A stretch of DNA of 32,000 bases from Wolbachia endosymbiont of Dirofilaria (Dirofilaria) immitis (GTDB taxonomy: Bacteria; Pseudomonadota; Alphaproteobacteria; Rickettsiales; Anaplasmataceae): assembly GCF_013365455.1 (NCBI RefSeq), contig NZ_CP046578.1, forward strand, positions 750,001 to 782,000, read 5' to 3'. The number at the start of each line of letters is the position of its first letter. Position 1 is the first letter of the stretch. Below are positions 10,778 to 21,709 of this stretch, one piece after another. Both the position numbers and the translations under genes were made by a program. The notes beneath the pieces were generated by a model. The model was not told the DNA's origin and ran no database searches. It was given only the letters and a program-made list of their open reading frames with translations.

Positions 10778-12052
10778 ATGTTGAAAGAACAAGACAAAAT
10801 ATTTACGAACTTAAATGGCAAAGAAACTCCACTGCTCGAAGATGCAAAAAAACGTGGCAGTTGGCAGAAAACAAAAGCACTATTAGATTTAGGATCTGAA
10901 AAGATCATCGATGAAATAAAAAAATCTGGCTTGAGGGGACGAGGAGGTGCAGGTTTTCCGACTGGCCTTAAGTGGAGCTTTATGCTAAAAAAGCCTTCAA
11001 AAGAACAACCAGTATATCTAGTAGTCAACGCAGATGAATCAGAACCTGGTACATGCAAAGACAGAGGTATATTGAGATATGAGCCACATAAATTACTTGA
11101 AGGAATTCTCCTAGCTGGCAAAGCGATCAACGCATCAGCTGCATATATCTATATCAGAGGTGAATTTTACAACGAGTATTTAGTTTTAAAAAAAGCACTT
11201 GAGGAAGCTTATAAAGAAGGCTTAATTGGGAAAAATGCCTGCAAATCAGGTTATGATCTTGATATATTTATCCATAGGGGTGCAGGAGCCTACATATGCG
11301 GGGAAGAAACAGCTCAGCTTGAATCAATCGAAGGGAAAAAAGGCTTCCCTCGTATAAAGCCTCCATTTCCTGCAGGTATTGGACTTTTTGGCTGCCCAAC
11401 TACAATAAACAACGTTGAAACTATAGCTATGGTTCCAGATATTTTGCGTCGAGGAGGAGGGTGGTTTATGTCTCTTGGTAAGCCAAATAATACCGGCACT
11501 AAGATCTTTAGTATTTCAGGACATGTAAATAATCCATGCAATGTTGAAGAAGAGCTCGGAATTCCACTACGTGAACTAATTGAAAGATACGCAGGCGGAG
11601 TGCAAGGAGGTTGGGATAATTTACTTGCTGTAATACCTGGTGGATCTTCAATGCCATTAATTCCAAAATCTATATGTGACACTGTTGAAATGGATTTTGA
11701 TTCATTAAGAGCTGTACAGTCAGGGCTTGGAACTGCTGCTGTAATAGTGATGGACAAATCAACTGACATAATAGCTGCAATAGAGAGATTATCGCACTTC
11801 TATATGCACGAATCATGTGGGCAATGTACACCATGTCGTGAAGGTACTGGATGGATATGGAGAATTATGAAAAGGATGGTAACAGGAGAGATCAAACCTG
11901 GTGAAATAGATAAGCTACTCGATCTTACAACTCAAATAGAAGGGCATACAATTTGTGCATTAGGTGACGCTGCAGCTTGGCCAGTTCAAGGACTAATAAG
12001 ACATTTCCGTCATTTAATTGAAGGAAGAGCAAAATTAGCAGATGTTATATAA
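10778..12052 (+). CDS. nuoF: NADH-quinone oxidoreductase subunit F
   Basis: 424-aa ORF; FMN/NAD region [19 protein letters not shown], Fe-S motif [16 protein letters not shown]-terminal [22 protein letters not shown]. Confidence 0.97.
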   Translation: MLKEQDKIFTNLNGKETPLLEDAKKRGSWQKTKALLDLGSEKIIDEIKKSGLRGRGGAGFPTGLKWSFMLKKPSKEQPVYLVVNADESEPGTCKDRGILRYEPHKLLEGILLAGKAINASAAYIYIRGEFYNEYLVLKKALEEAYKEGLIGKNACKSGYDLDIFIHRGAGAYICGEETAQLESIEGKKGFPRIKPPFPAGIGLFGCPTTINNVETIAMVPDILRRGGGWFMSLGKPNNTGTKIFSISGHVNNPCNVEEELGIPLRELIERYAGGVQGGWDNLLAVIPGGSSMPLIPKSICDTVEMDFDSLRAVQSGLGTAAVIVMDKSTDIIAAIERLSHFYMHESCGQCTPCREGTGWIWRIMKRMVTGEIKPGEIDKLLDLTTQIEGHTICALGDAAAWPVQGLIRHFRHLIEGRAKLADVI

Positions 12053-12544
12053 GAACGTTGTAGCTACAGGAATAAATTAAGCACAAAAACTATTCAGTAA
12101 ACTTTACTCTTATAAGTCAAATGATAAAAGTGTAACATAGTTAGCGTTTTATATTCTACTCTTTGTGCTACATGTATTCCATGTCTCTACTAATTTATCT
12201 AGAGAGCTTCCCAGGTTTTTTAGACTAAAGCACACCTATAAGTCATTTAAGGCAGCGTAAAATATCAACTTACAAGATTTTGAAAGAGAGCAAAGGTAAC
12301 TACCTATAAAGTTTCTTTTAATTTCTTTTCTTATTTAGTAAATCTTTCAAATATAAAGCAACCAGTATACAAACATTTGTTTTTATAACAAGTAGCATCA
12401 TTCCAGCACATGATGTTGAAGTCTAGTCTTTATCATGCATCATGCAGACACCTAGTTAAAACTAAGTTTCCTAGATTTTAGTGTCGGACTGCTCGAGGTG
12501 ATATCCTCCAGACAAGTTCAAACCACAATATTTGTATGGTTATA

Positions 12545-13210
12545 CTAGGATAACACAAAAGAAGAAACACTAGACGACCTTACACCTTTTGCCTCAAATT
12601 CACACAAATCATAGATTATGCACGTTGCACACGATGGTTTTTGTGCTTTGCAAGTATATCTACCGTGCAAAACTAGCCAACGATGAGCATAGAATAGGTA
12701 TTTCTTTGGAACTCTATTTAAAAGGGATTGCTCTGTTTTAAATACATCTTTTTCTTTCACAAGTCCAACCCTATTGCTTACTCTAAAAACGTGAGTGTCA
12801 ACCGCCAATGTTGGAATGCCAAGTTCCAAATTCAAGAATACATTAGCACTCTTTCTTCCTACTCCTGGCAAGGACATCAAGTCGTTGAAATTTATAGGAA
12901 CTTTACCATTGTAACGCTCAACTAATATTTCACTAAGCTTAACTATGTTTTTTGCTTTAGAGTTATGTAAACCAATGCTACTTATGCGTTTCTTTAGTTC
13001 ATTTTGCCCAAGAATTAGCATTTTCTCTGGCGTATCAGCAATACTAAACAGCTCCTTTGTGATTTTATTAACACTTACATCAGTTGCACGTGCCGACAAA
13101 ATTATTGCAGCCAGTAATGTAAAACGATTAGTATAATTTAGTTCTACCTTCGGCGTAGGATTTAATTGCCTAAACCTTTCAAATATCAATTCTACTTTTC
13201 TAAAATCCAT
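12545..13210 (-). CDS. nth: Endonuclease III
   Basis: 221-aa ORF; HhH LPGVGRKSANVFLN, catalytic VDTHVFRVSNRVG, C-x6-C-x2-C-x5-C iron-sulfur cluster (CKAQKPSCATCIIYDLC). Confidence 0.96.
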   Translation of the reverse strand: MDFRKVELIFERFRQLNPTPKVELNYTNRFTLLAAIILSARATDVSVNKITKELFSIADTPEKMLILGQNELKKRISSIGLHNSKAKNIVKLSEILVERYNGKVPINFNDLMSLPGVGRKSANVFLNLELGIPTLAVDTHVFRVSNRVGLVKEKDVFKTEQSLLNRVPKKYLFYAHRWLVLHGRYTCKAQKPSCATCIIYDLCEFEAKGVRSSSVSSFVLS

Positions 13211-14534
13211 CCATATAGCTAAAAGCTTATACTACACTGATCATTATATAAATTCAATTCCCTGCAACCTAGATTGCTGTTCAGTGTTAACACTGAACAG
13301 CACAATTTTTATTTTACCAAAATTCCTTTCAGGAATTCACTCTAGCCACCTCCACAAAATACCTTCTAACAATAAGTATAATAATACCTCATTAATAGTT
13401 TCCGCGTGAATCATACTATTTTAATAAATTAATTCCTTTGTACTCTATCTTTTGAATCTCCTCCTAGCAAATCTTTTGCATATTTTTCAACATATACTCC
13501 CCAATCTTTTAAGAAAACATAAGAAGCCAGAATTCAGAACTTCAATAAATATCGTCATTGCCATACAAATTAAAGAGCTAAGTATACTTATACCTACAAT
13601 AATCTACTAGTAATAAAATTCTCTATAAGTAGACAAACAGAAAAAGCAATGAGAGAATAGTTAAGAAAGAGTTTGCTACCTAGTCCAATATAGTTCATTT
13701 TACCCTTGAATGCATCAATAAAAATTTCACAATTTTCATACCTTTTCATAAACAAATCAGAGACTTTTTTTAATAAAAACATTAAAACCCCGAATAAATA
13801 GTAAAGTATTCTTACATTTCACGAGTTTTAATACTAATGCTCTCTACCTCTCATTAGACTTTAAACTTTCTCTTAGAGGAAAACAATACAATCAAATAAT
13901 TATATGCCTAGCCTTGCCTGATACTAATTTAACTCTTGTGTCAACTTTCTAACTTCTATCACTTTCTTAAAATAACCCTAAGCCCGGACCTTACGAAAAC
14001 TTCTCTATTTAATTAACAAATCAATTACATTTTTTCAAGTCCTTTCAACAAGATGTCTTTACTTTTTTAACGCATACATCAATTTTATACGATTTTTTCC
14101 AGCCACTTCCTTTCCAGTAATACTCAATTTCTCAAATAGCTTCTCCTCATAATGAAATTATAATAAAATTCACGCATTGCTATTGCTAAACCCCTCTTAC
14201 TTTCAGTATTAATACTAACTTTAACGCAAGGGAACCAATAACTCTAAAAGCCTAATGCACCTCTTCAGCTTTTGATAAGCTTTATAAATTCAATCAAATC
14301 TATCCTTATCCCTGCTGCACCAGAGTAATTATAATAACTGATTCTTTATGTTACTTTATAAAAACTACTAAGAACTTAATAATTCCTACCTACAACTTGT
14401 CTAGCTTTTACTCTCGACACATTAAACAAAACATTAACTCCATAAACCTCTAGGTAATTAACTTAAACTGTCAATCTATCAGTACACCCTTATAGAATAT
14501 AGCACTTAAACAGCACACAAGCGGTAAACAATAA

Positions 14535-15965
14535 TTAAACAAAAAAACCTTCTTTCCTATCATATAAATACAACTTATCCATTCTTACTACGTCAAAGCT
14601 GTTTTCTTCAAGTCTAATTAATAAATTATTTATGTCGCCGTTTGTAATAGTCCTTCTTTCATTATTCACAATAAACCTACAAGTCACTTGATCACTTAAA
14701 GACTTTGAACTTCCCGGCCAGATTGCAAGTCCTTTTGAATATATTGCTATAACCTTTAGATTACTTAATTCAAATAATTTTATTAATCGATCAAAATCTG
14801 CTGATTTATCCCAGGCAAGTGTTATATCGCTACCAACTAATTCCCTAACTTTGTAATTCTGTTCATAATAATCTTGCGTCTCGCTCGCTTTACTATTATC
14901 TGAATCGCTGCTGACCATAAACTCAGGCAATGTGTTAGGCTTTCTTCCTAAATTACCTACAATAGCTTCTGCAAATTCTTTTGTACCAACTTTCTGTTTA
15001 CTTTTCTCCCTCTTATACAAATCAACAGTATGTATTCCATCTTCTAAGGTCCTCAACCACGCATCGTAAATCAGTTTTGCAGTATCAACTTGACTTATGT
15101 AAATTAGCATATTCACTGCAGCATTTAAAAGTCCAGAAGGATTAGCTATATTCTTTCCTGCAATATCAGGAGCAGAGCCATGAATTGCTTCAAACATTGC
15201 ATATTCACTACCTATATTACTACTTGCAACTAATCCAATAGAACCTGAAATTTGTGCCACTATATCTGATAATATATCGCCATATAAGTTTCCAGTTACT
15301 ATAACATCAAAATTCTCAGGTTCCGTAGCAACACGTGCCATTCCAATATCAACTATATAATGTTCTGCTTTTATATCTTGGTACTTCTTTGCAATGCGAT
15401 CAAATGCTGCACGGAAAGTGCCGTCAGTCATTTTCATTATATTGTCTTTAGTCAAGCAAGTCACTTTCTTTCTATTGTGCTTTTTTGCATACTCAAAAGC
15501 ATATTTACATATCTTCTCTGAGCCGGATCTAGTAACAATTTTAGTGCACTGGTAAGAGTCACCAGTAAGTCTGTACTCTATTCCCGTATAAACGTCTTCT
15601 TCATTTTCGCGTATTATAATAATATCAAACTTACCAAATTTATTTTCTATAATAGGATGATACGAAATGCATGGCCTGACGTTTGCATATAGTCCAAGAC
15701 TTCTTCTGAGTGCAACGTTTAAGCTTTTATGTCCTTTACCTTGAGGAGTTGTTATCGGAGACTTAAGTAATATCTTTGTTCCTTTAATAGATTCCCAGCC
15801 ACTTGGAGAAATTCCGTGAGACCATTTTTTATTATAAACAAGCTTTCCTATTTCAATAATATTCACTGAGATCTTTGCTCCTGCTTCACATAATATCAAC
15901 AGCACTGCTTCCATAATTTCTGGCCCGATACCATCACCATATGCAACTGTAATTGGTGTTGACAT
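14535..15965 (-). CDS. icd: Isocitrate dehydrogenase (Rickettsiales-type, with C-terminal extension)
   Basis: 476-aa ORF; GDGIGPEIM, IIIRENEEDVYTGIEYR, DKNIMKMTDGTFRAAFDRIA, FEAIHGSAPDIAGKNIANPSGLL, followed by about 125 aa C-terminal extension. Confidence 0.94.
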   Translation of the reverse strand: MSTPITVAYGDGIGPEIMEAVLLILCEAGAKISVNIIEIGKLVYNKKWSHGISPSGWESIKGTKILLKSPITTPQGKGHKSLNVALRRSLGLYANVRPCISYHPIIENKFGKFDIIIIRENEEDVYTGIEYRLTGDSYQCTKIVTRSGSEKICKYAFEYAKKHNRKKVTCLTKDNIMKMTDGTFRAAFDRIAKKYQDIKAEHYIVDIGMARVATEPENFDVIVTGNLYGDILSDIVAQISGSIGLVASSNIGSEYAMFEAIHGSAPDIAGKNIANPSGLLNAAVNMLIYISQVDTAKLIYDAWLRTLEDGIHTVDLYKREKSKQKVGTKEFAEAIVGNLGRKPNTLPEFMVSSDSDNSKASETQDYYEQNYKVRELVGSDITLAWDKSADFDRLIKLFELSNLKVIAIYSKGLAIWPGSSKSLSDQVTCRFIVNNERRTITNGDINNLLIRLEENSFDVVRMDKLYLYDRKEGFFV

Positions 15966-16379
15966 AACTTTCCTAATACTAAATGATTCAATGTTAATCT
16001 AAATAACAGAGCAGCACAAGTGGTCAATGTTATCCAGATTAGCAATACAATACCTTATATTACTCAATTATGTCTTTATATTGTACAATTACGTTACAAA
16101 GGTAAGAAGTGGATACTGAAATGAATGTTAAAATCATGTAGGTTTTTAAGGAGAAATTATAGAAAATACCTAACTTAACAACAAAAAACCCTTCAGAAAG
16201 ATAAACAACTAGCAAAAAATACCACTTATAGCTTACACAGCAAGCATAACATTAATATTAACATATTTAAACGCTAATGGCAACAAAACTTAGCCCCCCT
16301 TAAGGGAGAAAACTATTGTGTTGGTACGGATATCAAAAAACACTACTCTAATGCCTAATATAAACACCAACAGGATATC

Positions 16380-16395
16380 CTTTCCCTAAGGAAAG
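16380..16395. other. Small inverted repeat / hairpin
   Basis: CTTTCC-CTAA-GGAAAG, 6-bp perfect stem with 4-nt loop. Confidence 0.6.
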
Positions 16396-18473
16396 CATTT
16401 AGACTATTTTAGCTTTCTGTCTCACCTGCACTACCATGGTTATACTCTTCTATATCTTCATAACTAAGCCAATTTTATTTTTGCCTACATTATCTAACCA
16501 ATACAAACAAACATTCTATAATAAATTCACAAATATAGTAGTGATAAATTACAAAACCTAGTAAATACTTTATATATCGTAAAAAAGTGTTAATTTTAGT
16601 TAATAATATTTCTATCATTGCATAAAATATGCCAAATTAATATTTACAAATTTACGATATGGTAAATATAGTCCAGAAAAGTCAAGTTCACTGATTACAT
16701 ATCAAAATGGTACTAACTTAGAGCTCCGATGCTATAACCACATTATCTACATATTAGTCTGTGCCACGATTTTATTAAGGTTTTCTGCTAACTATACTGA
16801 GACAGAAACCTCAGGGTATAAGAAGCCTTTGATAATGTTACTAAGTATAAAAGCTAACTAAAATAATAAAGATTATTAAATAATCAAGAGAAAAGTGATA
16901 AGTTTAATATCAAAGTTGTGCAAAATTCCAACAAGAGTTTTATTATATGCTCTATTTTAGAAAGGACAAAAGGCTCCTTAAAGCTTAGAGATACCGAAAA
17001 GCAGTTATTTTTTTAACTAAGCTACTGTAAAATCCACATATCATAAAAATGCTTTAATCAGAATTAGAAACACTTATTACTCTAATAAAGAAAATACTTC
17101 AGGCAACTTTTATACACTATAAATTTTTTTGACGACAATTTTATAACACAATCCTGATCTAGGGCTAAGTAAAATGTTGAAATTACATGATGTACACAAA
17201 AACTGTGCCCTTCTATTAGGAGAAGATATTTAGGTTAGACTCACATAAAAAAGAAGGTTATACAAAGGTTAAGGAAGTATATGTCAACATTGATAGCTGC
17301 AATTTCTTCTGACCAAGACAATATTTTTATATATCTATAATCTAGCTATTACTCTAGGCAAGCTTTCAGATTTTTAAAATACCACAACATCCTACTTATA
17401 GCCTTTGAATACGGTAGCAAATCTAAAAAAATACAAGTGTGAGATACCACACACTTAATATAGAGGCAAAAACAAATTTATAAAGCTTTATATAGTACTT
17501 AACAATTCCATAAACCTTACATTATCTCAGCCATTCTAGCCAAAACATCATAAACTTAAAAAAAAGTAAATTATTATAAAGCAGTATATCTCTAAAAATA
17601 CAATACAGCTAAAGTATAGCCAACAGATATTAAAAGCAACTTATCAACCTAAGTTACCAAATATGACAACAAGACAACTATAAAACCTATTCTAGGTTTC
17701 TTTAATAAATTAGACAAACTATTTTCATCTATTAAAAGGGAAAATACCTGCAGAAAATACTGAGATGCAATTTACAGATAATCAACATAATTATGCTAAA
17801 ACAGATGGCTTTATAGATAATAATCAACTAACAGTGCTACTCTAATAACAAAGAGCTTAGATATATACCCAAGCAAACCTTGCTACAAAACAAGAAACAA
17901 AAAAAATAAAATGACAAGCCCATTTATGAGAAAAATAAATTTTTTCAAAGATAATAAACACAATTATGAAAAATAGATCCTTCCAAAAAAAGGTAACAAT
18001 TTACCTAATAGCAATTATTACCCTATATAGAAAATGTGCAACATAATAAAGCCTATATATGAGCGCGGAAGAGTGTAAACATAGAAAAGATTAATTATTA
18101 ATCAAAGCAAAAGTTCTATCTGCATATACTAAAGTAAACCTCACTGTGAAAAGATCGAAAAGGAAAATAAAATCTATAACAACTAATTTTGACACTTACC
18201 ACGAATTGATAAAGGATAGAAAAAACAAATAAATATAAGTCATAAACTAATATAATAACAGGTCAAAAAGAGAAGTTGCAGACCAACACTAAAAAAACTG
18301 TTACACTATAATATAAAAGAGTAAAACAGAAAATATAAACAAGACTATATAACTTCAACACAAAAATGGAACAATTAAGAGTAGCTGTTTTTTATTAAGC
18401 AGAAATTAAAAAATGCAAGTCATTATAATAAAACATATTTACAAAGCAAATACTTTTGGTAAGTAAATGAACC

Positions 18474-18501
18474 TTGCATTTTATTTAGTTATTGATATTC
18501 T
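18474..18501 (+). promoter_or_regulatory. Putative sigma-70 type promoter for tRNA-Pro
   Basis: TTGCAT (18474-18479), 16 nt, TATTCT (18496-18501), ending 14 nt before the tRNA 5' end. Short motifs are common in AT-rich DNA, so this is weak. Confidence 0.3.
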
Positions 18502-18515
18502 GAGTATAAAGAAGC

Positions 18516-18589
18516 CGGGGCATAGCGCAGTCTGGTAGCGCATTTGGTTTGGGACCAAAGGGTCGGGAGTTCAAATCTCTCTGCCCCGA
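18516..18589 (+). tRNA. tRNA-Pro (anticodon UGG)
   Basis: Cloverleaf read by hand: acceptor CGGGGCA/TGCCCCG, discriminator A, anticodon arm TTTGG-TTTGGGA-CCAAA (TGG), T-loop TTCAAAT. CCA not encoded. Confidence 0.96.
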
Positions 18590-18798
18590 CTCTCTATACT
18601 AATTTTTGAACACCCCCAAAAGCTCTGTCAAGAGATTACCTTAATTAGGTACACACCACACCTTTTATTATATATTCATATTAGGTCAACGACTCATGAT
18701 TGCCCACTAACACATATTTCATGGCATATGTTCCTAAATAATTTTACAAGATATTGACCATTAGATAACATAATCAAAACTTTTTCTTAATATTCACT

Positions 18799-19776
18799 AT
18801 GGTTAGAGCTGTACAAATTAAAAGAACTGGAGGAATAGAAGTATTAGAATTCATTGATATAAACATAGATGATCCAAAGGATGAAGAAGCTTTAGTGCGC
18901 CACACAGCTATTGGTTTAAATCGCTATGACCTAGAACATAGAAAAGGAATTCGCAAAACTAAAAACTTGCCTTCGATACTTGGAGTAGAAGCAGTTGGGG
19001 TTGTTGAAAAGCTTGGTAAAAAAATAAGTAATGGTTTACAGATTGGAGATAGAGTTGGATACTGTACAGCCCCAATAGGGGCATATTGCGAAAGACGCAT
19101 CATACACCAAAAATATTTGATAAAGATTCCAGACAAAATACCAGACGAAATCGTAGCTGCAGTGCTATTCAAAGGTATGACAGCTCACTATTTAGTTAAC
19201 CAATCTTATAAAATAAAACCTGGTGCTGTTGTGCTTGTACATGGAGCTAATGGTGGGATAGGACAGATATTATGCCAATGGGCAAGTGATAAAAAAGGAA
19301 TAGTAATAGGTTCCGTAAGCTCTGACGAAAAAATGAAGATAGCTTTACAGAATGGTTGCACATACGCGATAAATTACCATGATGAAAACTTCGTTTTCAA
19401 GATTATGAAGATTACACAAAATAAAGGAGTGGGTGCAGTATATGATCCTATAGGCTATGCTACAAGCAAGCTTTCTTTCAAATCTTTAGGAAAGTTTGGC
19501 ATATATGTTTCCTACGGACAGATATCAGGCAACTTTTCTATTAGCTTTTCTTTACTCAGTTCACGTTCATTATTTGCCACAGGAACATCAATATATCATT
19601 ATAAGCACAATAGATTTACACTACTACTCACTGCAATGGAAATCTTTGAGATGATAAGAAAAAAACTTTTGACTGTAAGGATTAACAGAAAATACAAATT
19701 TGATGAAATAATAGAAGCTCATCTTGATATGGAAAATAGAAAAGTCAGTGGATTAAATATTATAAAACTCCCTTAA
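18799..19776 (+). CDS. Zinc-independent quinone oxidoreductase / medium-chain dehydrogenase family protein
   Basis: 325-aa ORF; NRYDLEHRKG, PSILGVEAVGVVEKLGK, VLVHGANGGIGQILCQWA NAD(P)H-binding motif. Confidence 0.88.
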   Translation: MVRAVQIKRTGGIEVLEFIDINIDDPKDEEALVRHTAIGLNRYDLEHRKGIRKTKNLPSILGVEAVGVVEKLGKKISNGLQIGDRVGYCTAPIGAYCERRIIHQKYLIKIPDKIPDEIVAAVLFKGMTAHYLVNQSYKIKPGAVVLVHGANGGIGQILCQWASDKKGIVIGSVSSDEKMKIALQNGCTYAINYHDENFVFKIMKITQNKGVGAVYDPIGYATSKLSFKSLGKFGIYVSYGQISGNFSISFSLLSSRSLFATGTSIYHYKHNRFTLLLTAMEIFEMIRKKLLTVRINRKYKFDEIIEAHLDMENRKVSGLNIIKLP

Positions 19777-19792
19777 GGGAAGAGATCCTATT

Positions 19793-21709
19793 TCAGCAAT
19801 AGGCAATACTACTCTTAATTACCTCAACATTCTCTCTTGGCAGTTCCTTAATGAATCGAGAGGTATACATTGATTGCCATTGATTGTTCATTTCCCTTCT
19901 GCCTGCGCATGAAATAATTAACTTTTCTTTTGCTCTAGTTATTCCGACATATGCAAGCCTTCTCTCTTCCTCTAAAGCTCTGCCACTCTCATCTTTAAAG
20001 GATTTTTGATGTGGAAACAATCCTTCTTCCCATCCAGGTAAAAACACACACGGAAATTCAAGCCCTTTAGCTGCATGAAGAGTCATAACGTATACAGTAT
20101 CGTCGCTATTCATGTTATCCACTTCCATTACTAAGCTTATATGTTCCAAGAAAGCTGTGATATTGTCAAACTTTTTTAAAGATGAAATAAGTTCTCTAAC
20201 ATTTTCTACCCGTGTTAAGCCTATCACTTCCTCATTTTCAAGCATTTTCATATATCCTGATTGATTTACCACAATTTTAGCAAATTTATCCAGTGGCTTT
20301 ACGCTTACTATTTCTTTCCAAGCTTCAATTCTACTTAAAAAATCATTGAGTGAAAACTTAATCCTTCCAGTTACTTGATTGCCATCTACTAGTGCTCTTG
20401 CTGCCTCAAAAAAAGAAGTTTTGTTATCTTGAGCAATCGTATATATTTTTTTTAGAGTCATAGCTCCTATGCTCCGCTTTGGTCGGTTCACGATCCTTTC
20501 AAAAGCTAAGTCATCGTTGGTATTCATAACAAGTCTTAAATATGCAATTATATCTCTGACTTCTTGGCGTTCATAGAATTTTACGCCGCTTATAATCTTG
20601 TAGGGAATTGAATATTTCATAAAATACTCTTCTAGAACTCTAGTTTGAAAAACAGCCCTTACTAACACCGCAATGTCACTAAATCTATATTTGTTGAGCT
20701 TCAATATCCACTCACTTATAAACCTTGCTTCAGCTTTACCATCCCACAATTTTATCAGATTTACCTTTTCCCCTTTAGCGTTTACTGTCCATAACTTTTT
20801 CTCTAAGCGGGCTTTATTATGATTAATAATATATGATGCAGTTGCAAGTATGTGGGATGTAGATCTATAGTTACACTCTAATTTGACGGTTTTCACATTT
20901 TCAAAATCGTTAAAAAACTTCAAAATATTTCCAACTTCTGCACCACGCCAACTGTATATTGACTGATCATCATCTCCTACACAACAAATATTTGAATGCC
21001 CCTTTGCTAGGCACTTTAGCCAAATATATTGTATTGCATTCGTATCTTGATACTCATCCACCACAATATACCTGAACTTATTTTGGTAGTAGAACAAAGT
21101 TTCAGCATTTTGATTGAAAAGTTGTATATTGTACAATAGTAAATCACCAAAATCAACAGAGTTAAGAAACTTCAACCTTTCTTGATATTGGTTATAAACT
21201 TTAAGTGCAGTCACATACAAAGGCCTGAACGATTGAATATTCCCCACTTCAGATGGCAACAAACACTTCTCTTTCCATTGCTGAATAATACCCATAACAG
21301 CCCTACATTTCTCTAATAAGCAGTCATGATTCATCTCATTAATGATATTTTTTATTATCTGTAATTGATCATCCGTACCAATGATTGTAAAATTGGAGTT
21401 CAAACCCACAATCTCAGCATGACGGCGCAAAATTTTCGCTGCAATTGTATGAAAGGTACCAAGCCATGGTATATTTACACCCGTAAGTTCAAGTACTCTT
21501 GATACCATTTCACTTGCAGCTTTGTTTGTGAATGTAACCGCTAATATCCCATTAGAACTAGCGTAGCCACTTCTAATTATATGTGCTATCCTTGAAGTAA
21601 TGGTTCTCGTTTTCCCAGTCCCAGCTCCCGCCAATATCAAAACCGGCCCATTTACATTAGTTACAGCTAATTGTTGCTCAGTATTCAGTAGTGAGAAATA
21701 ATCTTCCAT
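19793..21709 (-). CDS. uvrD: UvrD/PcrA/Rep-type superfamily 1 DNA helicase
   Basis: 638-aa ORF; Walker A LAGAGTGKTRTI, VDEYQDTNAIQ, GDDDQSIYSWRGA, LECNYRS, TLHAAKGLEFPCVF, EERRLAYVGITRAKE. The exact paralogue name (uvrD or pcrA) is not settled. Confidence 0.93.
   Translation of the reverse strand: MEDYFSLLNTEQQLAVTNVNGPVLILAGAGTGKTRTITSRIAHIIRSGYASSNGILAVTFTNKAASEMVSRVLELTGVNIPWLGTFHTIAAKILRRHAEIVGLNSNFTIIGTDDQLQIIKNIINEMNHDCLLEKCRAVMGIIQQWKEKCLLPSEVGNIQSFRPLYVTALKVYNQYQERLKFLNSVDFGDLLLYNIQLFNQNAETLFYYQNKFRYIVVDEYQDTNAIQYIWLKCLAKGHSNICCVGDDDQSIYSWRGAEVGNILKFFNDFENVKTVKLECNYRSTSHILATASYIINHNKARLEKKLWTVNAKGEKVNLIKLWDGKAEARFISEWILKLNKYRFSDIAVLVRAVFQTRVLEEYFMKYSIPYKIISGVKFYERQEVRDIIAYLRLVMNTNDDLAFERIVNRPKRSIGAMTLKKIYTIAQDNKTSFFEAARALVDGNQVTGRIKFSLNDFLSRIEAWKEIVSVKPLDKFAKIVVNQSGYMKMLENEEVIGLTRVENVRELISSLKKFDNITAFLEHISLVMEVDNMNSDDTVYVMTLHAAKGLEFPCVFLPGWEEGLFPHQKSFKDESGRALEEERRLAYVGITRAKEKLIISCAGRREMNNQWQSMYTSRFIKELPRENVEVIKSSIAYC

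Noticed and set aside
10768-11130. 120-aa minus-strand ORF antisense to the nuoF 5' region
   Set aside because: Same reason; no independent start signal or domain.
11314-11769. 151-aa minus-strand ORF antisense to nuoF
   Set aside because: Long, but lies entirely opposite the conserved nuoF core. Its Pro/Ser-rich text is typical of an antisense frame of a conserved gene.
12485-12530. Possible tRNA or T-loop (GTTCAAACC) with nearby CTCGAG / GAGG..CCTC
   Set aside because: The bases flanking the T-loop-like sequence do not pair, and no cloverleaf can be built.
13594-13782. 62-aa minus-strand ORF in the 13.2-14.5 kb desert
   Set aside because: Weak GGGG upstream of the ATG and some hydrophobic residues, but no domain and length near chance.
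18089-18103. GATTAAT-T-ATTAATC inverted repeat
   Set aside because: Purely AT-rich short arms that are expected by chance in this composition.
9180-18515. Search by eye for tmRNA, RNase P RNA, SRP RNA, CRISPR arrays, IS elements, toxin-antitoxin or phage genes
   Set aside because: No diagnostic motifs or regularly spaced repeats were seen. Covariance-model searches would be needed to exclude divergent RNAs.
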